64,000 nt of DNA from Pecten maximus (Eukaryota). The stretch is from assembly GCF_902652985.1 (NCBI RefSeq), contig NC_047023.1, positions 5,518,001 to 5,582,000 on the forward strand, read 5' to 3'. The position numbers and the translations under genes were made by a program. The notes under the pieces are model-generated. The model saw only the letters and a list, made by a program, of their open reading frames with translations. It did no database searches and was not told where the DNA came from. This document shows positions 38,433 to 52,229 of the stretch, one piece after another; positions within the stretch are counted from its first letter, which is position 1, and every line of letters starts with the position of its first letter.

Positions 38433-39062
38433 AGTGATTTTTCACCGGATGTTACGTACTCGGCACTTCTCGGGTGTGTTCGTAAGGCAATGATCGGAAA
38501 AGTAGGAGGCCCGTGACGGGTGATTTCATAAGTAACAATAAGTATACACAACTCGTGAACACTTATCTTCTGAATAGTGTTCGTATTTATTTCATTAAAC
38601 ACACATTGTAAACGGGCATTCTGGTAGTCAGTGTTGTTTTTTACCGACATGGATACACCTCGGAATATGCCTCCGTATAATTCACTTTGTACGTATATCA
38701 CCAATCGAGGGAAAGAAAGTTCTAATGACAAGAGAATGAAGGCATTCCTTAAGTTGAAAATGGTGAACGGTAGTGTAAAGGGTAGACAAATCAAACTTTT
38801 AATGGAACAATCAAAAGATCTCTGTGTTTTACAAAATCCACATTCTAAATTCCAATTCTGGAGCGAACAGCATCTCATTAGGACTGTTGCCCGAACTAAT
38901 TGTTCAAATATACGAAGTACATCCGAATCCTTCTGACTATTTGAGATTTTGAAATATTTTAATACTGAAGAATGCTTGGACACTATTTCGTTTTTACTCG
39001 GACATTGTCCATTTAATGTTACCCTGAATGTCAAGGAAGCGTAGTTACGCAGGAAATATAAT

Positions 39063-42000
39063 AGTGTTTATAGACGAGGATCAAAGAAATGTAAGTGTTT
39101 ATAGACGGGGATCAAGGAAATAGAACAGTGTTTATAGACGAGGATCAAGGAAACGTAACAGTGTTTATAGACGAGGATCAAGGAAATGTAACAGTGTTCA
39201 TAGACGATGATCAAGGAAATTTTAAGTGTTTATAGATCAGGATCAAGGAAATGTAACAGTGTTTATAGACGAGGATCAAGGAAATGTAAGTGTTTATAGA
39301 CGAGGATCAAGGAAATGTTACAGTGTTTATAGACGAGGATCAAGGAAATGTAACAGTGTTCATAGACGATGATCAAGGAAATTTTAAGTGTTTATAGATC
39401 AGGATCAAGGAAATGTAACAGTGTTTATAGACGAGGATCAAGGAAATGTAACAGTGTTTATAGACGAGGATCAAGGAAATGTAACAGTGTTTATAGACGA
39501 GGATCAAGGAAATGTAAGTGTTTATAGACGAGGATCAAGGAAATGTAACAGTGTCTATAGACGAGGATCAAGGAAATGTAAGTGTTTATAGACGAGGATC
39601 AAGGAAATGTAACAGTGTTTATAGACGAGGATCAAGGAAATGTACAGTGTTTATAGACGAGGATCAAGGAAATGTAAGTGTTTATAGACGAGGATCAAGG
39701 AAATGTAACAGTGTTTATAGACCAGGATCAAGGAAATGTAACAGTGTTTATAGACGAGGATCAAGGAAATGTAAGTGTTTATAGACGAGGATCAAGGAAA
39801 TGTAACAGTGTTTATAGACGAGGATCAAGGAAATGTAAGTGTTTATAGACGAGGATCAACGAAATGTAACAGTGTTTATAGACGAGGATCAAGGAAATGT
39901 AAGTGTTTATAGACGAGGATCAAGGAAATGTAACAGTGTTTATAGACCAGGATCAAGGAAATGTAACAGTGTTTATAGACGAGGATCAAGGAAATGTAAG
40001 TGTTTATAGACGAGGATCAACGAAATGTAACAGTGTTTATAGACAAGAATCAAGGAAATGTAACAGTGTCTATAGACGAGGATCAAGGAAATGTAACAGT
40101 GTTTATAGACGAGGATCAAGGAAATGTAACAGTGTTTATAGACGAGGATCAAGGAAATGTAACAGTGTTTATAGACGAGGATCAAGGAAATGTAAGTGTT
40201 TATAGACGAGGATCAGGGAAATGTAAGTGTTTATAGACGAGTATCAAGAAAAGGTAACAGTGTTTATAGACGAGGATCAAGGAAATGTAAGTGTTTATAG
40301 ACGAGGATCAAGGAAATGTTACAGTGTTTATAGACGAGGATCAAGGAAATGTTACAGTGTTTATAGACGAGGATCAAGGAAATGTAACAGTGTCTATAGA
40401 CGAGGATCAAGGAAATGTAACAGTGTTTATAGACGAGGATCAAGGAAATGTAAGTGTTTATAGACGAGGATCAAGGAAATGTAAGTGTTTATAGACGAAG
40501 ATCAAGGAAATGTAACAGTGTTTATAGACGAGGATCAAGGAAATGTTACAGTATTTATAGACGAGGATCAAGGAAATGTAACAGTGTTTATAGACGAGGA
40601 TCAAGGAAATGTAACAGTGTTTATAGACGAGGATCAAGGAAATTTAAAGTGTTTATAGAAGAGGATCAAGGAAATGTAACAGTGTTTATAGACAAGAATC
40701 AAGGAAATGTAACAGTGTTTATAGACGAGGATCAAGGAAATGTAACAGTGTTTATAGACGAGGATCAAGGAAATGTAAGTGTTTATAGACGAGGATCAAG
40801 GAAATGTAACAGTGTTTATAGACGAGGATCAAGGAAATGTTACAGTGTTTATAGACGAAGATCAAGGAAATTTAACAGTGTTTATAGACGAGGATCAAGG
40901 ACATGATACAGTGTTTATAGACGTGGATCAAGAAATGTAACAGTGTTTATAGACGAGGATTAAGGAAATGTAACAGTGTTTTATAGACGAGGATCAAGGA
41001 AATGTAAGTGTTTATAGACGAGGATCAAGGAAATGTAACAGTGTTTATAGACGAGGATCAAGGAAATGTAAGTGTTTATAGACGAGGATCAAGGAAATGT
41101 AAGTGTTTATAGACGAGGATCAAGAAAAGGTAACAGTGTTTATAGACGAGTATCAAGAAAAGGTAACAGTGTTTATAGACGAGGATCAAGGAAATGTAAG
41201 TGTTTATAGACGAGGATGAACGAAATGTAACAGTGTTTATAGACGAGGATCAACGAAATGTAACAGTGTTTATAGACGAGGATCAACGAAATGTAACAGT
41301 GTTTATAGACGAAGATCAAGGAAATGTAACAGTGTTTATAGACGAGGATCAAGGAAATGTAACAGTGTTTATAGACGTGGATCAAGAAAATGTAACAGTG
41401 TTTATAGACGAGGATCAAGGAAATGTAACAGTGTTTTATAGACGAGGATCAAGGAAATGTAAGTGTTTATAGACGAGGATCAAGGAAATGTAACAGTGTT
41501 TATAGACGAGGATCAAGGAAATGTAACAGTGTTTATAGACGAGGATCAACGAAATGTAAGTGTTTATAGACGAGGATCAAGGAAATGTAACAGTGTTTAT
41601 AGGCGAGGATCAAGGAAATGTAACAGTGTTTATAGACGAGGATCAACGAAATGTAACAGTGTTTATAGACGAGGATCAACGAAATGTAAGTGTTTATAGA
41701 CGAGGATCAAGGAAATGTTACAGTGTTTATAGACGAGGATCAAGGAAATGTAACAGTGTTTATAGGCGAGGATCAAGGAAATGTAAGTGTTTATAGACGA
41801 GGATCAAGGAAATGTAACAGTGTTTATAGACGAGGATCAAGGAAATGTAACAGTGTTTATAGACGAGGATCAAGGAAATGTAAGTGTTTATAGGCGAGGA
41901 TCAAGGAAATGTAACAGTGTTTATAGACGAGGATCAAGGAAATGTAACAGTGTTTATAGACGAGGATCAAGGACATGTAACAGTGTTTATAGACGAGGAT

Positions 42001-42199
42001 CAACGAAATGTAACAGTGTTTATAGACGAGGATCAACGAAATGTAAGTGTTTATAGACGAGGATCAAGGAAATGTAACAGTGTTTATAGGCGAGGATCAA
42101 GGAAATGTAACAGTGTTTATAGACGAGGATCAACGAAATGTAACAGTGTTTATAGACGAGGATCAACGAAATGTAACAGTGTTTATAGACGAGGATCAA
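39063..42199. repeat. Minisatellite, 33-bp unit (31-bp variant), ~96 copies
   Basis: Unit GTGTTTATAGACGAGGATCAAGGAAATGTAACA; the variant lacks CA. Confidence 0.95.
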
Positions 42200-45111
42200 A
42201 TTAGGCTTGATCTGCAGACACAACCACAATCCTGTCATGCTATTCGTGTATTGTGATTTTGACAACTGGATCGATCAAGAAATGTAGACTTCACTTTTGA
42301 TAATAAGCTGTTCATTCTTTTAAGAATGATAGAATTAATCCGTTCGTTTCATCTATTCTCTGCCATATCGTTGGACAGAATCTATACATGTTTTGAAAAC
42401 AAATTTCATTTAAAAGAAGGATTCTCTAGATAATTCTCCATGAAAAATTCTGATAAAAGTGATGTTACTTTTAACCAATCAAAGTGATCATACCACACGA
42501 TGTATGGATGTATATGGTGAGTGTTTTAGAAAGATTTTTCTGACGAAAATAAAGAGATATTTCGAGGCCGGGTATAAGCCTCAGTGTGTCATTGGGCTAA
42601 CTCTATCGTGCAGGCTTAATTCTGATTCCCAGTCAAAATTTGTAGTTGCAGTGAAAAATACACCAGGTAACGATATACGAATAATACGTCATCGAGGCGA
42701 AATTACCTTCACCTTACTTTGTAAAATCTCCCCCCCCCCAAAAAAAAAAAAAAAAAAAAAATATATATATAGTATCTATCTTATCTGAAGCCTACAACAA
42801 ATCTTTTGATTTCCTTTTGACATTGTTAGTATGCTACTGGGTAAGACAGCCACACTATACCAGTCATGAGAACTAACCAGGAATAGGATGCCAACGCCAT
42901 TTCCAGACCGAATAGTTTAGTAATTTACACGTGGTGAATACGTTGAGAGGTATGTTGCTATTAGATCTGTTTAACATAAACTGACATATTCTGATAGATA
43001 GTATTAAGGTGACACCCATTTAACTCTAGTAGGGTTTGTGTAGATATGGTCATAATGTCACTCATTCGATGTAACTTGTTGTCTAGGCAACTTTGTTGCA
43101 ATTGATCAATGCCCGCTGAAAGAGCATGCGATAATTTCTATTGATATTTGCAAACATATTTAATATAAACATTCCATACATATATATATATACATTTTAC
43201 CACGGGTTAGATCCACATTGCTTGCATACTGGAAGTGATGTACCCCTCATATATATCCAGTCAATTAATCTCTTCAAAGAAAATTACGTAAAACTCAATT
43301 CATCATAACAAATTGTGGTCGATTTCTCAGAGGATTGAGACCAGTGATGTTAAAAGCCTAAATGCATGTATGCAGAATGCGAAACTGCATTTATGACGAA
43401 TTGGTTATCACTTTTGATACATGTATAAGGAACAATCGGTGCCAAAGTCGTCTTTCTTTTTAAAAGCATTCGTTAAATTGTCCGATACATTACCGTGTAA
43501 ATTGTTACAAGTGTACACATGGGTAGGCGATTCAATTGTCCCAGTATGTATCGTGTTTCATGGCTGTCGCAAATGCTTTCACATTTGTAGATCACAGTTG
43601 ACATAACGCCGCTTTCATTTTGTCTATTTAACGTTCAACCTGATGGGTTAAAAGCAGAAGTCAGCATTCAAGAAGAAATCATCCCTGGCGAACAGCGTGG
43701 ACAAGAGAACTGATGATTGACTTTAATCGTGTAAGACATATCGAACCACTATGTCACTGTTAACCCTCGTACTATCGTCAAAATCAGCACGGTTATTGAT
43801 GAAAACATTCCAAACGATTCTCAAGGGACGTCACTCTCGTGGTTTTCTGTGCAAAACTCATTAGATCAACTTGAGTCGTTTTGACTGGAATCCTTCCATT
43901 TCTAGCCATACTTCACTCCGATGTGACAGTAGCATTTGACACAAACCTATAGAGGGGTCCGTTGTTTTCATATTTGTAAAAGTTAGGTAAGCTTCGAGGA
44001 TGTATTTTCTTTTAATACAATATTAAGTGATGTGTTGCCCAAACATTTTACTAACCAAGATCACCCGCCCTGCTGTGTTCTGTCACAACATCTTGATTTG
44101 TATATGTATCCTACCTTTCTTAGTGCCTGGCTGTTTCTATGTCTACCCATGTGTAACGTCTTGACAAGCATACCTTCCTTAACCACCATCCTGTACGCCA
44201 ATACAGTAATGCAGTAACGGCGACGTGGAATACATACTAGCATGATAAAGATATGTGTTTTACTAATGCTTCATTTTAACTCTCCTGGTGTGTTAGTATG
44301 GCTACTTTTTATATTTCGATCGGAATTTGAGTCTAGTGAGTCTATTGCGCTACATTCTATGTACATATATCATGAACCATGTACTGGAAACCATTTTTTG
44401 CCAGGTGTCAGGAGAGAAATTCTTTATTTTTAAATGGAGTGACACATGTGTATTAAATGATCTCATGATCGCAAAAAAAAAAAAAAAAAAAAAAATCTGG
44501 TGGAATGTTTTAGCACAACAGCCCATATTCGCTATTGAATTAATGTTGTATGGAATACGTCTGTACCAACTATATCATTGCAGGCCAATGTAGGGGGCTA
44601 TACATTCTATACTGGCTACTAACAAGAGAGTAATGGCTTATGAATTCCACGTGTTTGTTAATATTGAATTGATGTAACTACTTGTAGCTATTTATTAATA
44701 AAATAATCATACCAGATTAACAATTATGGTTTTGTTCTCTCAATAGTTTATTTGCCTGGACCGAAGTGTAAGTTTAAACAAAGAAGGATTCAGATAGTTG
44801 TCCTGTTCCAGTGTATTACACAATTTATCCTATAACAGTCACGGATCGTCAATTCCTTGATAACTGACATTATCGTCTGTTCGGCGATATTGTTGAATTA
44901 ACAGTCGGATTTTTCGGATTTTATCCAAGTTCCTTGCAAATACTTCCGCAGTAATTACGTCATCGGGTAACCACTGATTGACCAATCAGAGAAAATGACG
45001 GGAAGAAATTGATATAGAATCCTCAGCTCGCCTAGAATGTTATTCCTCCCAACCTTAAGTTGAGTTACTGACGAACGCTCAATCTGCAGTGATACACTAT
45101 TTAAAATGTAC

Positions 45112-45322
45112 TACTGTAAACGTACTTATTTTAGCGCAATCAAATTTTAGCGCATTTGCAGATTTTAGTCAGTTAGCGCAATGATGAATTAGCGCATCCA
45201 CAGAACTTTCTATAGAAATAAAACGTACAAAAAGTAATTAGCGCAATCATAATTTAGCGCAAGGCTTCCAGCGCGAAAAGCGCTAAAATAAAATTACCGC
45301 TAAAATATGTACGTTTACAGTA
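45112..45322. mobile_element. MITE with TA TSD
   Basis: TA|CTGTAAACGTAC ... GTACGTTTACAG|TA; internal TTAGCGC repeats. Confidence 0.85.
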
Positions 45323-45394
45323 TTCCAAAAGTATCAGTTATTGGCCGGTTGTTAATTATCACACTTCATTTTCAACGTTAATCGTCAACAATAG

Positions 45395-45844
45395 TGTCAA
45401 TGATAGGCAGATGTAGGGCACATTTGTTAGCTACTTTGTAAAAACAAATTGTGAATTATGTAAAAATAGTTAATAAAAATGCAAATTCTGATTCACCGGG
45501 GGTTACGTTTTACTAATCAAGTGACGAAACCGAGTTTACCATAGACCGGGAGCAGACGAACCCCGTGCACGTCGAATATGAAAGTTTTATCATATAATGA
45601 CTACATGTTACGCGCCATCGGTATCGAAATTTCAACAAAGGCCGTCTATGTAAAGGGATTTAAAAAGTACCACGACTGGCATAAAGGTTATAGATTGGTT
45701 AAAAACGTCTATATGCTGTGTCGTATCAACCGTGTAAGAAAAAAATACCAAATTTGTGCGAATGCCTTGAGTATAAAATACAAAGACTTTATACAGGATT
45801 TACATGAACACTAATGACCTGACAATTTGGTGGCAGCGGTGGGA
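45395..45844 (+). mobile_element. Orphan 5' LTR (~430 bp) plus tRNA-Leu PBS of a truncated LTR retrotransposon
   Basis: TGTCA (45395)...TGACA (45824) inverted termini, a 3-nt spacer, then TGGTGGCAGCGGTGGGA (45828-45844), complementary to the tRNA-Leu 3' end (..TCCCACCGCTGCCACCA, recalled from memory). The left boundary is inferred from the termini only. Confidence 0.7.
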
Positions 45845-46199
45845 CTCCATTAAACTAATTACATATTAGGATTCCAAGTAGATTTAATGTGTTAACTTCA
45901 TAAATCCCATACACCTCCTTTCGGATAGTAAAGGGAATTGATATTTACGATATAAAGTGGAAGTTGACACACGTATTTAACAAATATCTGGAATCGGTGG
46001 CGCACTTAATAATTAAATGAAATAAAATATCATGGACGACGCAGGTGTTGCTGGTTTTATAGCCTTACATTTGGTGGAGAGATGTGATGTAAACGGCTGA
46101 CAATGAAGTATATGAGAGAAACCAAGCTTTAGGATAAAGTACTGGAGTGTTATCGAGAATCAAATAAAAATCCTGACTTCTAAACTCCAGATAAGTATG

Positions 46200-46735
46200 G
46201 ATAATGTTGAAAGTAAAATGTCGTAGGTGTTGTATTGCTGGCAGCCAACAGTCCTTGTAATTATATTTACACTGAATATGTGTTATAATGCTGGTAACCA
46301 ATTGTCTAGGTATTTCTATAAATTTCTATGTATTGAATAGATGTTGTACTGTAGGTAACTAAATGTTCATGTAGGTATTGATATCTACATTGAATAGGTG
46401 ATGTACTACAGGTAACCAACAGTCCAGGTATTTACACTTACATTTAGCAGGTGTTGTACCACAAATAACCAATTGCCCAGGTATTTGCGTTTACATTAAG
46501 TAGGTGTTGTACTACAGATAGCAAATTGTCCAGGTATTTGTGTTAACATTAAGTAGGTGTTGTACTACAGATAGCAAATTGTCCAGGTATTTGTGTTTAC
46601 ATTAAGTAGGTGTTGTACTACAGATAGCAAATTGTCCAGGTATTTGTGTTAACATTAAGTAGGTGTTGTACTACAGATAGCAAATTGTCCAGGTATTTGT
46701 GTTTACATTAAGTAGGTGTTGTACTAGATAACCAA
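46200..46735. repeat. Tandem repeat, 53-bp unit, degenerate at left
   Basis: Unit CAGGTATTTGTGTTTACATTAAGTAGGTGTTGTACTACAGATAGCAAATTGTC. Confidence 0.85.
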
Positions 46736-47984
46736 TTATTGGGAATTCTACAACCATTTCCCAATTTCGCGGTTTTGATTTTATTAATATATATTGCCAG
46801 TTGCTTCGCATTGTCACTATCTAACCATTTCAAACAAAATTGAAAGTTAGGGGATCATACTTGTCGCATTATTTCCATCGGTGTAGTGATATGAAGAATG
46901 CTCGTGACGTCCGCACTAAATGACGTCACTTTGTCTGACGTCAACATATATTAAGTGTATAATTGACGTTACGTTACCGAAGCAAACCACCCGATTCATC
47001 GATGTCTCCTTTGGAAAGATATGGACCAATAATTCTCACACAGGATTGCAGACAAATTGATCATAATGCTTAAATAATTTCTGTTATACCTATGATCCAC
47101 GGCAGAGCTACTGAAGCCTCAGGAACATATGGAGTTGTCAGGTTCTGATCAACATACGGGTTTTGTAAATGGGGGAGACGAACGCATACAAAGAATTGAA
47201 ATGTAATCACATATTTATAAAACTTTAAATGATGTTCTTATGCAGTTGAATTATCTGAAATTGAATGAAATCCGTCATGTTTTGACTTTTTCGATTTACC
47301 CAGGAGAGACAGTCAGGCGCCGTGGTCTAAAGAAAATAAAGGACTACGCCTGAGGGCTGATACAGCTGAAACATCAAATCGATAAGGACAGGTTTATCGT
47401 GACATCATCAATATAAATATTCATAGATTACTTTTCCCCTCCTTTTGTGAAGCTGTCTTATCAAAATGTATACATGTATATACATGTTGGAATTATTGAC
47501 ACTTTACAATGTTACAGTGACAGGTAGAATAATTATACACATGTATCAAAACAGCTGTAATATACTTCATCCCAGGAGGGAGTACAGTGCTGACATTGAA
47601 ATTAATTCAAATATCAAATACATGATAAGGAGTATGTAGATATAATACTCCACGTGAAAACATAACAAAAATAACTTACAACAAATCTGTAGATATCTCG
47701 GGCACATTTCGCAGCGGTTCAAATGCTACTCTTTAGGGGAACTGAATTTTATAACGTATATATATTATGACGTTACAGCGTTATGACGTCATAATATCAA
47801 GAAAGACAGTATTATTCATTGTACATGTCTAAGGTAAATTGTGGGTATACATTTCAACACTGACAGGTCAGCATGAGCTCCGTTATATGGCAATAATAAT
47901 CCAATCGTCTACCTATACCGCTGAGGTTGATGTCTGACATTTGGACTTTAAAAGCAATCGAAAGAAAGTAAGATATACATTTAA

Positions 47985-48141
47985 ACATGTACTGTGATGA
48001 GAATGTTGTTTCCTCCATTATACATGTACTGTGATGAGAATGTTGTTTCCGTCCACCTCCATTATACATGTACTGTGATGAGAATGTTGTTTCCGTCCAC
48101 CTCCATTATACATGTACTGTGATGAGAATGTTGTTTCCGTC
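47985..48141. repeat. Tandem repeat, 44-bp unit, ~3.5 copies
   Basis: Unit ACATGTACTGTGATGAGAATGTTGTTTCCGTCCACCTCCATTAT. Confidence 0.85.
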
Positions 48142-48437
48142 TTACCACCATATTTGCTGGGCTAAAGAAAATGAATTAGTATAACTCGTTTGTTGTTAGT
48201 CTCGATTGGGTAAAAACCTTACATATCTCCCCGATAAAGATCGGGGGTTATAGTCAGAAATCCACGATGTCCTTAACCTTTCGACCCAAATTACCTTGAC
48301 CTTTGACCAATTCACCTTGATATTTGGTCAGTTGAAATTCGTGTTTTCCATCTAATCTCGTTACTTTTAGACCAAACGATAAACTTTCGTTATAGGTTGC
48401 ATGAAATCGCGAGGTGAAGCAAGCTTTTTTTATATTG

Positions 48438-49935
48438 ATAACAACATTCTTGAAAGGTCGACAACAGAAGGTAACAGTAAATGACAGACACGGAATGGGC
48501 GGAGGTAACATCCGGGGACTATCTAGGTACAGTGCTAGGACTTTTATTTGATTTATTTATAAATTATATTCCAAGATCTTTACAGTCACTGCCATGCAGG
48601 TAGGGCGTAAGAATTATACCTGCTGCCCCCATTGCATGATCGTAAGAGGCGACTAAATTTGGGATCTTATCTTTTCTCTTCTTTCTCAACAACTTTCTTC
48701 TTCCTAACGTCTCCCTTGACAATGCCTCACTTTTGGCCTTTAGTTGAGCGTTCGCCCCAGTGAGGAATGCTTGGGGTTCTGTCCCCTGGCCGAGACATAC
48801 CAGAGTCTTTAAAAATGGTAGTTGCTGCTCCTGCGTAGCGCTCAGCATACACGGAATGGGACGACTGGTTCACCCGTTGTCAGTATAATGTGACCGGGTG
48901 GGGTGTCCTGCTGGGTGTCTTCTGCAGTATGCTTCAGTGAGGTAGCACTATAAATCGGCAAAAGTTCCGGCCTATCACAAGGAGACTTAACACGAACATA
49001 CCGCAGCCTCCCAAAACACACATACGCACTCAACACATGCATGCATGTCGCACGCACGGGAGGCCGTCCTTGAATGACCTTAGCTGTTATTAGGACGTTA
49101 AACAAAATAAACCAAACCATAAACCAAAATGTACAGTCAAAGATGTTTCTATTTGCTGACCAATACCAAAATATTTAGAATAATAAAATGCATTGATGAT
49201 AATAATTACACCCAGAAAGACCTTACAAACATCAACAAAAGAGAAAGATGTAGGAGTAATAATTTATTCAAATTTAATATTTGAAGACCATATGCCGACC
49301 AAAGTAAAACAAGGCCAATTCAATATCTGCACTTCTCAGAGCATTTCAGTTTAAAAACATTAAGTCATTAGATCACAACTGGACGATGTCGGTCCTTTAT
49401 GGGCTCCATATCTACAGAAGAATATATTGATAGTACAGGAGACTGTTCAACTTAGAGCAACCAAATGCCTTCCCGGAACAGAGAATTTAAATTACAGACA
49501 CATGTTGCAGAAGCTGAAACTACCAACGCTAACTTATGGAAGAATTAGGGGCCATGATTGAGCTATACAAGAAAATTAATGGAATGTATGACAAGGAATG
49601 CTACATTATGGAGATGCTGCCGAAATACAGATTCCAGGGACATTCTAATAAAAATATACTCTAAATACTCTATGAACCTGTTAAGCTAGAACTTGTTTTC
49701 AATACTATGTGCATCAGAATGGAATATTTTACAAGTCTCGGCATCTCATATATACGTGCTTAATCAGCTAGACAAACACTGGAACAACCAAAAACTATTC
49801 CGTCATTACAAAGCCTGTATCAAACCCTGGATTACGGTATAGCAGAAGTTAGTGCATCTTATCAAAATATTGTATTATCACGAGTCTGGTAAAGAGGACT
49901 TTGTTTTCACTCACGAACCAGACTAAACTTAGCTT
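48438..49935 (+). mobile_element. Decayed CR1-type LINE, RT and C-terminal portion, interrupted by a SINE
   Basis: Fragments translate to FLKGRQQKVTVN..WAEVTSG..GTVLG..FINYIP..LQS|KMFLFAD-TKIFR and WAPYLQK..VQLRATKCLPG..LKLPTL..RIRG-MIELYKKINGMYD, which are CR1 ORF2 motifs; frameshifted. Confidence 0.85.
48589..49131 (+). mobile_element. Meta-domain SINE with 5' extension, copy 2
   Basis: 8-bp TSD TACAGTCA (48581-48588, 49132-49139); same structure and same 5' start (CTGCC) as copy 1. Confidence 0.9.
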
Positions 49936-51348
49936 CGATTTGATGCTCATTTCATTTCCGGATCCTTGCCTTGGGCTGATAGGACATGTTTGTGATTAAA
50001 ATATGTTTTTTTCAGTTGCGTACTATTTTAGTTTTAGATTTTTTTTGCGGTTAAAGAAAACGCCTAACCAGAGATTTTGTAGATAGTCAATGCATTGTGT
50101 CACTGTACATAGAGTGATGATATGTTAAACGACAAGTGCAAAAGCGAAAGTAGACTATTCAAATTGGTCATTAAACTCTGATCATTGTTTGAATTTTTTC
50201 TAAAATTTCTTTCATTTATACTAAACACATGCGCCGAAGCATCTTTATATTGTTATAAGCCGGTCATTTGGTCTTTTTTGATATTGTAAAATAGTAAAAA
50301 TTACTACATATGTACATTGAAAGTAAACTTTCCATCTAACACACCGATTTCAGTTGATGTTAATTAGCGGCTAGAACATTCGAATTCCGTCGTATTTAAC
50401 GCATTCACAAAAAAAAAAAAAAAAAAAACTGTTCACATCAAGACATCGGATTTTCTGAAACGTTCTAGTATCTTGAGTGAGAACTTGGGAGAGATTGCGA
50501 GATTTTCTAAAGAAGCGTCTCAATGCTAAGGCATAGTATTCTAGGTAGTATTTTTTTTGCGTTTTTTGGGTGAGTTTCGGTACAGCTGTGTTTATACCGA
50601 TCTCGGTTATATTCTCGATTTCTTGTCGGTTTTTTGCATATTGTCCCGGCTCAATGAAGCCATGTCAGCCATGACAGCCATGACAGTGAGTCAGTGTTGG
50701 AGTTGCCGAGCGGCACATAACGATTTCTGACTGCGGTGGTAGTGGAAATTGGATTTTTCTTAGAAGTGCTTCACAATGTATCTCAGTTTGACACAACTGG
50801 CGCGATGTATTCGTAAATTTCTTTCTTGAAATAGTTTTTATGTTGTTTTTGTCCGGGCCGGGGATGACTTGATTTGTCAGGTTTTTGATTGCAAAACCGT
50901 CGTTTTTTGATCGGCCGTCTGAAGGTCAAGGACGCAGATTTTCAGGTCAGTGCCTGCCCATGTGTATAGTAAAGCTAGGTGTTTTTTTAATGAATGTGTT
51001 AAAAACAACAACAAATATTAATTCAGTAGAACTGATTATTACTAGAAAACCGATTTCCCTTCCTATGAAAAAGATAACATTGTATACCTGCCATGATAGC
51101 AACTGGAGTTTACGTTTATTTAAAGTGCAGATATTTATTTTTTTAGAATCGACAGACATATACTGACTATTGTGCTGATAGATAAGCACACTGTTAAAAT
51201 TGTTCAAGCTATATGATAGGATTGTGGCTAAGGAACTAACAGAAACACCCACGTGACCAGTACTGTAGCAAGGTTGAAAAAGGACCAACTGTTGGGCAGT
51301 TACAAGGTTGAAGAACTTTAAGCAGAATTTCGTATGCTGACTTGGTAG

Positions 51349-51571
51349 AGGCCGCGGTGGCCGAGTGGTTAAGGTGTCCCGACATTTTATCACTAGCCCT
51401 CCACCACGGGGTTGCGAGTTCGAAACCTACGTGGGGCATGTTGCCAGGTACTGACCGTAGGCCGGTGGTTTTTCTCCGGATACTCCGGCTTTCCTCCAAC
51501 CTCCAAACCTGGCACGTCCTTAAATGACCCTGGATGTTAATAGGACGTTAAACAAAAACAAACCAAACCAA
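51349..51571 (+). mobile_element. tRNA-derived V-type SINE (BivaV-like)
   Basis: A box TGGCCGAGTGG, B box AGTTCGAAACC, V-domain GGTTTTTCTCCGGATACTCCGGCTTTCCTCC, (AAACC)n tail, imperfect ~17-bp TSD GTATGCKGACTTGGKAG. Confidence 0.9.
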
Positions 51572-51847
51572 GTATGCGGACTTGGGAGGAACTGATGCAG
51601 CTACTTTCTGTAGCAGAATAAAACGGCCAACATCGGACAGGTCATCCATGCGGTATTTCGGCAATTTTTACATATACCATTTTAGTGACGATGCCTTAAG
51701 TTAGAAGCATTATAACATTATCAAGTGTGTTAATATATTTCAAATAACAACCACACTAGTCTATTACCACAATGATCTAAGTATACTGGTGTTTTATGGA
51801 AAAGTATAATTGTATTAAAACACAAAAATGTAGGTTTGTGATATCAG

Positions 51848-52084
51848 GGCCCAGTTGTTCAAAAGGTGATTAGCTTAATCACTTGATTAGTGAAAATGTC
51901 ATTTCTCCCTTGTTGAAAAACCTGTGAGTATATCGTCTTTAAATTATGCCAGTTGAAAGAGAATTAAGAATTACAGAATTTCATTACGTTTTGTCAAGTT
52001 AGCTCTACCAGAAATTTTTATATCGGGATTTGAAAAATGTTGTTAAAATGTGATTAGCCTAATCACCTTTTGAACAACTGGCCC
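51848..52084. mobile_element. PIF/Harbinger-like MITE
   Basis: TIRs GGCCCAGTTGTTCAAAAGGTGATTAG / CTAATCACCTTTTGAACAACTGGCCC; 3-bp TSD CAG. Confidence 0.85.
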
Positions 52085-52229
52085 CAGGTGGTTATGTTTT
52101 ACTGGCAAATAGTGCTGGCACACCAGGGTTGTCATCATTCCTTCGGGACCCCCCTCCCCCGGGCAACATAAAGTATGATAGTAGTGGTACGGTGTCCGTG
52201 GACGTCATACAGCGGTCCCCACACAGACG

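Noticed and set aside
39063-42199. Repetitive acidic protein (FIDEDQGNVTV)n or minimal hammerheads
   Set aside because: The frame is broken constantly by 31-bp variants and there is no splice context. TAGACGA deviates from CTGANGA and the stems do not form.
51349-51440. tRNA gene (also 22995-23078 on the minus strand)
   Set aside because: A/B boxes are present but there is no complete cloverleaf, and the sequence continues into a SINE body and tail (with a TSD for the 51349 copy).
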